From contig JAIEPG010000002.1 in assembly GCA_019749895.1 (NCBI GenBank), positions 66,244 through 130,243 of the forward strand: DNA of 64,000 nucleotides, read 5' to 3'. Made by a program: the position numbers and the translations under genes. This document shows positions 10,501-14,757 of the stretch, in pieces (position 1 is the first letter of the stretch; each line of letters opens with the position of its first letter). This stretch comes from Candidatus Babeliales bacterium (GTDB lineage Bacteria; Babelota; Babeliae; Babelales; RVW-14). Under the pieces are notes generated by a model. The model was not told where the DNA came from and searched no databases. It saw nothing but the letters and a program-made list of their open reading frames with translations.

Positions 10501-11036
10501 AAAACTCGCAATGCTTCTTTGTCGTGAGGGGCAATAGCAGCAATCAAGCTGGCAATCAATTGCGAAAGTTCTTTGTCGATATCTCTAAACGGTGCTGTAT
10601 CATACGCAATAAAAGCAGCAGCGTCTGGGTTCTTTTCTTCTTCTTCATCTGATTCCCAAAACATGCCCTTGAAAGCACCCCAGATCTTCCCTGTTAAAGA
10701 TTCTTCTTGCTGCTCTTGCGCTTTTAAATCCTTTACATATTGTCTCAGCGGCTTTTTGCTTTTAACAAATTCTTGGGCCTTGGTAAAACCGGTATTGTAC
10801 TGACCCCACAACGCCTGCTCTTTGGCTTTTCTTGCTGCTTCTTTTAAATTTTTCTCCAATTCCTGCTTTTCTCTCAAATCAGTTAACGCTTGTCCCAACT
10901 GACCAAGTTTTGCTTTTAAGGCGGTAAGTCCACCCTTCAAGTTGTCTAGTGGGTTTGTGGCAGCTGTAAATGCATGATTATTAATAAAAAATAGCAAGAG
11001 AAAACACAGCACGTACTGTCTCTGTTTTTTATTCAT
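4569..11036 (-). CDS. giant exported multidomain protein (2,155 aa): PPDK_N-like ATP-grasp, phospho-His swivel domain, about 1,050 aa unknown, DUSP23-like phosphatase
   Basis: Signal-like MNKKQRQYVLCFLLLFFINNHAFTA, then the shared helix NPLDNLKGGLTALKAKLGQLGQAL. ATP-grasp motifs (about 9033-10064): LMVRSTGKED, GVMFTEEP, AAYGHNEGVVNSLVGVDTYYL, PMDVEFVIDRNDSTLYLVQARPIT. Swivel domain (about 8742-8984): VACVVVGQHAPPTSHEGTQFRTAVKPVIF, with the T-S-H His codon at 8799-8801. Phosphatase domain (about 5112-5549): LVVHCAGGYGRTGTMLACWLV and LKRPHSIETEEQE, with the Cys codon at 5268-5270. Confidence 0.8.
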   Translation of the reverse strand: MNKKQRQYVLCFLLLFFINNHAFTAATNPLDNLKGGLTALKAKLGQLGQALTDLREKQELEKNLKEAARKAKEQALWGQYNTGFTKAQEFVKSKKPLRQYVKDLKAQEQQEESLTGKIWGAFKGMFWESDEEEEKNPDAAAFIAYDTAPFRDIDKELSQLIASLIAAIAPHDKEALRVFAEVQGYGYKTGNLQELEKISRALSILTNLIADKTGSYELKIRVPEFKGISSDSIKAFLLKNGFDIKTRWADFIARFDKAAQDQFKRDQNFSKTFLDNLKVLENDVMAIFNTAATEPDVVSGIFDFDAQFEVGINETLEKIKRFKSSLMVRSTGKEDTDKLANAGGNESVANVAPQLSEILLAMGVVVGSYFSEKSFMQRLIGGDPELFDEPFTPVLIQRMVGERIRGIRSKNVRSAFNKPGPNLFEKWDTFKTTSKNSLDAFFNTQESDLDGMLKAAQKGGWQVKVSLTNGTNFQNVAPTPEAIVLAVRVLTAASVANPNNYVAVQIEPVLPDNKMIERRLPACGVMFTEEPGGGIAKKDLLNEHWDYSVKARSTGIVAIDAAYGHNEGVVNSLVGVDTYYLSDFDKMYAIVRPKPFRKFPSLNQDSKLEDRDNPPDLAMSPVLTSYEGLMLKLLANVLEEYYLKPMDVEFVIDRNDSTLYLVQARPITHNPNQGEPSYIANPAALTGEVFKGETIIPADGAVRLIDGNQIIVKSTMGEAFDTYMHSKTKERVACVVVGQHAPPTSHEGTQFRTAVKPVIFMTGINKLIDAISEPGAKFLVDPQQGLVVQWDSKQTLQDLKNTNDILEGWKNYPISPLLSSIAPADFDATKVDDLLKELELELKEGVSAAELQAFLAPFKSTKNQAALAPQIMTMLDTVAQGADEKNLRISFLVLLMVIKQRMEFYVKSITLDQDLTNKIALFKYTLAKVGHHILQTRNFVKGTDDYIKRLFAVRFLEALLFQQPEADQVLNAFSLANFVLRTLKPEAIAIQRLKEKGLVEPEIKQEGKVIQYAKIADEALNQVVSDKWIQFVAKVGDVGGKQHKKDFGEAVATLGKLGLLTVWLHTDFFEPAKEKDLTQALPVQQVLISLVTAFNNDKALLNTVNEKIARVKFLKPEIFAQRKKFDKQWLLLTGIVTELIDPAFVQSYKNAGDIGKVAVLSLLDLFIDTFDQSIKAVKASSEYEVVTSAANPKLNTRDNKLFTFKTMLDEYLRLLTGISPYQELGGHYGTAFDTGVTVKLAAATTSLSGAAKLYDAAQLDNSNNFNVALVVIGNKAGGSLQAVNTFEDIFTFIHQSLINVTSFFLGKTSVVALASKDAPALPQLLKDLLAEIDSIKKVGFGTHGNHATLMGLSFSKGTLGYKYNYPLRSHSATLFLEYNKKTDTARFGCRTSGENEWGRFYKIGDYAQAVAWALDLKQVEVTPEKKAVTFWWTVTKEDIARFKLAPYLPTINILAKAMRQANDGPTGHNGLSYATDGSDSMITKENTTYTFIVDNLLKTLALKESFAKKIIEKSLSEKSYPHMYLDRVLEYIPAGTAGDKYWKGTLAIMDKLLSKTSYAANADIFFFRGNRSPAYPHDVPADEYYGISEENIYQTLARRENDHHARQMDNLRGIGSFKHAIAQQIFNTIVTKTYYSKFSADIWTDFVNLIKKRPDFFASLKSVNSSGGLGGSPYSTVANTNLQTFLQQAQQPGRAGAAQVKEAAQAVVVYDQLMNLNAAGSSVASFVGPAGAKLAGTDTEIQNSKKKFFDENMELVLSGQNGVQVFKAFYPLATSVNEVTKDKLWDEFNAQIYGNQLVLKNVIELLEFCDAVNLQARLKELLEGNNFSWIDDSPHRVGGMALPYSFAYIKALQFEGVKNLVSLTNETQLPQEWFTSALGVPGWSTLRNVRIPIQDFAPPTLAQIKQFITLASVEANQPLVVHCAGGYGRTGTMLACWLVKSKNITAQEAIDEVRLKRPHSIETEEQENSIKAYKVDLDTPPPPSPWTYYNSGASAPGDLYPTKPALLADLSSHFADNNAPGATPEQRQNLQRVFDSVPVLLDSPDEVFARLQTSGSLRRLSLILVHILLQAGYKNDVFLQNYAVQYTSVSSANNGDNYSYLAQKNYDLLVKNIQNKIYTQAQAQLLENARKPFINQTLKGGQLKNVLDSSYHGLI

Positions 11037-11171
11037 TTCTTATCCTCAGCTTAGATTTAATTTTTTGGATTATGCGATTTACCAAAACTAAGAGTAAGTA
11101 ATTAAAAAAATGAATATCAATAATTGAGAAAGATAAGCTCAATTATTCAGCAAAAAGAAGAAAATTCTCAC

Positions 11172-11199
11172 AAAAAAAAGACCCCCAATTTCTTGGGGA
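11172..11199 (-). terminator. orphaned rho-independent terminator next to the phosphatase-tail remnant
   Basis: CCCCAA-TTTC-TTGGGG hairpin. On the minus strand a T8 run (A8 at 11172-11179) follows it. It lies 22 nt downstream of the remnant stop codon at 11221-11223. Confidence 0.55.
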
Positions 11200-11220
11200 T
11201 CTCTAAAAAATCAAAGTAAA

Positions 11221-11275
11221 TTATTTGGCTAGGCGCGATTGGTAGAACGTGCGTACAAATTGCTCTTGTTCAAAA
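11221..11275 (-). pseudogene. 3'-terminal remnant of a DUSP23-like phosphatase gene (duplicate of 11981..12035)
   Basis: About 47 of 54 nt are identical by eye to the 3' end of the intact gene at 11981. The remnant translates FEQEQFVRTFYQSRLAK* against FEQEQFVRTFYKSRLAK* in the intact gene. No upstream coding continuation exists. Confidence 0.7.
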
Positions 11276-11337
11276 GGGCTATTTTATTAAAAAAAGGCTA
11301 TTTTCAAGACTATTTTTAACAAAAAATAACTTTAAAA

Positions 11338-11364
11338 TTGACCTGGGTACCAAATTGTGGTACC
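11338..11364 (+). promoter_or_regulatory. candidate hicAB promoter with operator palindrome
   Basis: TTGACC at 11338-11343. A perfect inverted repeat GGTACCA-aattg-TGGTACC at 11346-11364 overlaps the spacer and the -10 region (TACCAT/TAAAAT). It lies about 40 nt upstream of the hicA start. Confidence 0.4.
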
Positions 11365-11404
11365 ATAAAATTAGTAAAAAAGAATAGATAGCCAAGGACT
11401 GTGA

Positions 11405-11659
11405 GTGAATAAAAAGCATAAAAAAACTTTAGAGCTCATTTTTAAGTCGCCACCGCAGCCTAACGTGCGATGGAGCGATATTGAATCTCTCCTCAGAAAT
11501 TTAGGAGCTGAAATAAGTGAGGGCAATGGGTCACGGGTGCGTATCATACTCAATGATGTTAAAGCAGTATTTCACCGACCACATCCAAAGCCCGAAACAG
11601 ACAGAGGCGCCTTGGTATCAATGAAAAGGTTCTTACAAAACGCGGGGATTAGTTTATGA
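11405..11659 (+). CDS. hicA: HicA-family mRNA interferase toxin
   Basis: 84 aa with a GTG start. Family-typical KTLELIF..VRWSDIESLLRNLGAEISEGNGSRVRIILN..AVFHRPHP. A 4-nt ATGA overlap joins it to the downstream antitoxin gene. Confidence 0.85.
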   Translation: MNKKHKKTLELIFKSPPQPNVRWSDIESLLRNLGAEISEGNGSRVRIILNDVKAVFHRPHPKPETDRGALVSMKRFLQNAGISL

Positions 11660-11979
11660 ATAATTTAATGCACTATAAAGGCTATTATGGCCACGTTACC
11701 TTTGATAATGAAGCAGAAATCTTTCATGGCGAAGTTATTGGACTGAAAGACGTTATCACCTTTCAAGGCAAAAGCGTTCAAGAGCTCAATAAAGCTTTTA
11801 AAGACTCTGTTAATGATTATCTTGCGTGGTGCCAAGAACGCAACGAAAAACCTGAGAAAACTTTTTCAGGCAATCTACGTATTCGCATTCCAGCAGAGCT
11901 TCATGCCATTCTAACCAATGAGGCTGCGTCTCACGGCCTCAGCCTCAATTCATACATTATCGAAAAGTTACAAAAATAA
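11656..11979 (+). CDS. hicB: HicB-family antitoxin with C-terminal RHH-like DNA-binding tail
   Basis: 107 aa. YKGYYGHVTFDNEAEIFHGEVIGLKDVITFQGKSVQELNKAFKDSVNDYLAWC, then FSGNLRIRIPAELHAILTNEAASHGLSLNSYI. Translationally coupled to hicA. Confidence 0.85.
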   Translation: MNNLMHYKGYYGHVTFDNEAEIFHGEVIGLKDVITFQGKSVQELNKAFKDSVNDYLAWCQERNEKPEKTFSGNLRIRIPAELHAILTNEAASHGLSLNSYIIEKLQK

Positions 11980-11980
11980 A

Positions 11981-12520
11981 CTATTTAGCCAGGCGCGACT
12001 TGTAAAACGTGCGCACAAATTGCTCTTGTTCAAACGTACTAATCGACGGATTGCGCAGCTCACGAACTTTACGGATTGCCGAGTCGGCATCAATGCCTTC
12101 GTTGGCAATTAACCAACAGGCAAGCAACGTGCCCGTGCGGCCCATGCCGTGTTTGCAATGCACAACAACGCCTTTGTCTTGCTGTTGAACCGCTTTAGCT
12201 TCACGCAAAAACTCTTCAGCTTGTGCAATAGTTGGCACGTGCAGATTGTAAATGGGCAGATGCAGGGTTTTGATACCAGGATGCTCAATAAAATATTGTG
12301 GTGGCAAGGGGTTTTTGGTCAGCGTAACAATCAACCCAACATTGTGCTCGTGCAGGTAGGCAATGTGCTCTTTGCACGCGGGTTGTGCCATACCGGCCAT
12401 TTTATTGTTGGTTTTTTCACAGATCCAAGAAAAATACTGTGGGCTAATTGAAGATGACAAATTATGGGCAATGTTCATAACAGCAACGCTCAGCATTAAT
12501 AAAAACAGTGTTCTTTTCAT
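11981..12520 (-). CDS. exported DUSP23-like Cys-based protein phosphatase
   Basis: P-loop VVVHCKHGMGRTGTLLACWLI, then LRNPSISTFEQEQF. I prefer the ATG at 12520 (MKRTLFLLMLSVAVMNIAHN), which has GGAG upstream, over the ORF-track start at 12592. Its stop is 1 nt from the convergent hicB stop. Confidence 0.8.
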   Translation of the reverse strand: MKRTLFLLMLSVAVMNIAHNLSSSISPQYFSWICEKTNNKMAGMAQPACKEHIAYLHEHNVGLIVTLTKNPLPPQYFIEHPGIKTLHLPIYNLHVPTIAQAEEFLREAKAVQQQDKGVVVHCKHGMGRTGTLLACWLIANEGIDADSAIRKVRELRNPSISTFEQEQFVRTFYKSRLAK

Positions 12521-12711
12521 AAAGGGCTCCTTGCAAAGCCCTATCTTAACAAAAAGGTGGTGGGTGTGCAAAAGCCCCCTCCCTCGATACATTTTTTCGC
12601 TTCTTCCTACGCCCTATCCTTCGACAAGCTTACACCTTCGCTCTTCATAGCTTCGGTGCACAGGCAGGACGAACGGGCTTCGGAGGACGGGTCGCTCAAA
12701 AACACTCGGGA

Positions 12712-12958
12712 TGAGCACCCTTCGAGACGCTCTACGAGCTCCTCAGGGAAAACGGATGGAAGTAAGCCTCGGCCATCCCTAAGCCTATTGAAAAACGTGG
12801 GAAAACGGATGGAAGTAAGACCCAATCATTCTGAGTCTGTTAAAAAACGTGGAAAAACGGGGAATATAGAATGTCTTCTGGTTTTAACTTTTTTTACTTC
12901 AATAGTTTTTAGTTCCCGTTCGGCCTGAGGAGCAACTCGGAGAGTTGCGTCTCGAAGG
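12712..12958. repeat. GC-rich intergenic repeat locus 1: two inverted repeat units of about 45 nt flanking short tandem repeats
   Basis: The unit CACCCTTCGAGACG..CTCCTCAGGGAAAACGG sits at 12715-12757. Its reverse complement CCGTTCGGCCTGAGGAGC..GCGTCTCGAAGG sits at 12915-12958. Between them GGGAAAACGGATGGAAGTAAG occurs twice (12746 and 12799), with a degenerate third copy. The same unit recurs at 34013-34128. Confidence 0.8.
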
Positions 12959-14665
12959 CTACAGTCCAGGCTCGTCGGATTCTTGCACGTAGGCAACTGC
13001 AAGCACTTCATCGATGGTAGTTATGCCTTCTTGAATTAACCGTACGCCATCCAGACCCAACAGCGTCATGCCGGCTTTAAGCGCCTGGTCACGCACCACA
13101 TTTGCATCGGCTCGTTGAATAATCAGGCGGGCAATGGCATCGTCAACCTCCATAACTTCAAACACCGCACAACGGCCACGGTAGCCCGTTTGTAGGCACT
13201 CGTCACAACCAACAGGCTTATAAAAAGTTATGCTGGCAGCTTGGGCAGCCGTTATGCCAAGACGGCGAATAGCTTCAGCATCGGGCTGGTAAACTTGGCG
13301 ACACTCAAGACACAAGGTACGTACCAAGCGTTGTGAGATAACCATAATTAATGAAGAAGCAATAAGAAACGGCTCAACGCCCATGTCGATCAACCGCGTA
13401 ATGGTTGCCGGTGCGCTGTTGGTGTGAATGGTGCTTAACACCAAATGACCGGTCAAGGCAGCTTGTGTTGCAATTTCTGCCGTTTCACGGTCGCGAATTT
13501 CACCAATCAGCACCACATCGGGGTCTTGTCGCAAAATAGATCGTAAAGAAACGGCAAACGTTAGCCCTGTTTTTTCATTAACCGGAACTTGATTCACACC
13601 ATGCACGGTATATTCCACCGGATCTTCAACGGTAATAATGTTAACGTCGGGCTGGTTTAAGCGATTTAAAATGGCATAGAGCGTAGACGTTTTACCAGAA
13701 CCGGTTGGACCGCTCACCAAAATAATGCCGTTAGGGCGTTCAATGGTACGCAGCATCAACTTTAAATCTCGCTCTGCCATACCAATTTTTTCTAAATCTT
13801 TAGTGCCCTTACCTTTGTCGAGCAAACGCATAACCACACGCTCACCAAAATTGCAAGGCAAAATGGACACACGAATATCAAATGCACGGTCGCCCACTTT
13901 AATTTGAATACGCCCATCTTGCGGTATCCGCTTTTCGGCAATGTTGAGATGCGCCATAATTTTTATACGCGAAACAATAGCGCCCTGGTAGCGCTTGGGC
14001 GGAATAACGCGGGAATATAAATTACCATCAATGCGGTAACGCACACGCAACTCTTTTTCATACGGTTCAATGTGAATATCTGACGCACCTTCTTTTACCG
14101 CCTGAAACATAACGTGGTTGACCAGTTTTACAATGGGCGCTTCGTTGGCCATTTCCATAATATCTTTGTCTTCAATGGAACTAAAACCGAACTCATCTTC
14201 GCCTTCGGTAAGCTCTTCCATCATTTCTTTACTACTTTCTAGCGGGTAGTATTTGTTGATGGCGTCCATAATAACTAAATCGGTAGAAACGGCATAACGC
14301 ACATCACCGGCCATGAGTAGTGAAAGATCGTCCAACGGCTGCAAGTCGTGCGGGTTGGCGGTTACCAACGTTTTTTGGCCTTCAAACATGATAGGAATTA
14401 CCATGTGCTGACGCAAAAATTTGAGTGGCACTTTGCGCAACAGCTCAAGGTCGGCCATTTGTTCGGTAATCAGCTGGATGAAGGGAAGCTGCATCTGCTC
14501 GCCCAGCGCACGAGCAACGTCATGCTTTGAAGCAAAGCCACGCTCAATAAGAATAGTACCCAGCAATTTGCCGGTCGATTTTTGTTCTTTTAAACAATCA
14601 TCAAGCTGCTCTTTGGTAACAATTCCAAGATCGATAAGAATATCACCAATTTTTTTTCTCAGCAT
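12959..14665 (-). CDS. GspE/PilB-family type II secretion / type IV pilus assembly ATPase
   Basis: N-terminal T2SSE_N-like domain (GDILIDLGIVTKEQLDDCL..LGEQMQLPFIQL). Walker A GPTGSGKTST. Asp/His boxes. Tetracysteine CLECR..CDEC. I prefer the start at 14665 (MLRKKIGD), with AAGGAG 9 nt upstream, over 14683. Confidence 0.9.
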   Translation of the reverse strand: MLRKKIGDILIDLGIVTKEQLDDCLKEQKSTGKLLGTILIERGFASKHDVARALGEQMQLPFIQLITEQMADLELLRKVPLKFLRQHMVIPIMFEGQKTLVTANPHDLQPLDDLSLLMAGDVRYAVSTDLVIMDAINKYYPLESSKEMMEELTEGEDEFGFSSIEDKDIMEMANEAPIVKLVNHVMFQAVKEGASDIHIEPYEKELRVRYRIDGNLYSRVIPPKRYQGAIVSRIKIMAHLNIAEKRIPQDGRIQIKVGDRAFDIRVSILPCNFGERVVMRLLDKGKGTKDLEKIGMAERDLKLMLRTIERPNGIILVSGPTGSGKTSTLYAILNRLNQPDVNIITVEDPVEYTVHGVNQVPVNEKTGLTFAVSLRSILRQDPDVVLIGEIRDRETAEIATQAALTGHLVLSTIHTNSAPATITRLIDMGVEPFLIASSLIMVISQRLVRTLCLECRQVYQPDAEAIRRLGITAAQAASITFYKPVGCDECLQTGYRGRCAVFEVMEVDDAIARLIIQRADANVVRDQALKAGMTLLGLDGVRLIQEGITTIDEVLAVAYVQESDEPGL

Positions 14666-14733
14666 ACTGCCCAGCTCCTTCATTTAGCATCAGATTTTTA
14701 TACGTGGTCCAGAGTGTATCAGATGGGTGGTAG

Positions 14734-14756
14734 GCGGGCAACAATTTAGCAAAATG
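14734..14756 (-). promoter_or_regulatory. 23-nt upstream motif, copy 1 (candidate -35/regulator site for the GspE-family gene)
   Basis: GCGGGCAACAATTTAGCAAAATG on the + strand. This is 21 of 23 identical to 16219-16241. On the minus strand it reads ..CTAAATTGTTGCCCGC, giving TTGCCC-N17-TACACT. Confidence 0.4.
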
Positions 14757-14757
14757 A

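Noticed and set aside
12743-12870. Short tandem repeats (GGGAAAACGGATGGAAGTAAG twice, AAAAACGTGGxAAAACGG twice) considered as a mini-CRISPR array.
   Set aside because: There are only two or three imperfect copies with irregular spacing. The repeat-spacer periodicity is not consistent and no cas genes are in the window.
12557-12928. ORFs of 123 aa (+) and 72 aa (-) in the 12.55-12.96 kb gap, and a 94-aa ORF at 33868-34152 with a similar peptide (PEELVERLEG / PEELEERLEG).
   Set aside because: The similarity comes from the shared GC-rich DNA repeat units. The ORFs span inverted and tandem repeats, lack start contexts, and occur on inconsistent strands relative to the repeat.
12541-12958. Possibility that the 420-bp GC-rich non-coding gap encodes a structured housekeeping RNA (tmRNA, RNase P RNA, SRP RNA, 6S).
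   Set aside because: On neither strand could I find the conserved cores I know. These are the RNase P P4 GAGGAAAGUCC string, the tmRNA tRNA-like end with a tag ORF, and the SRP GGAA/AGCA domain IV motif. The repeat structure explains the composition. A covariance-model scan (Rfam/Infernal) would be the decisive test.
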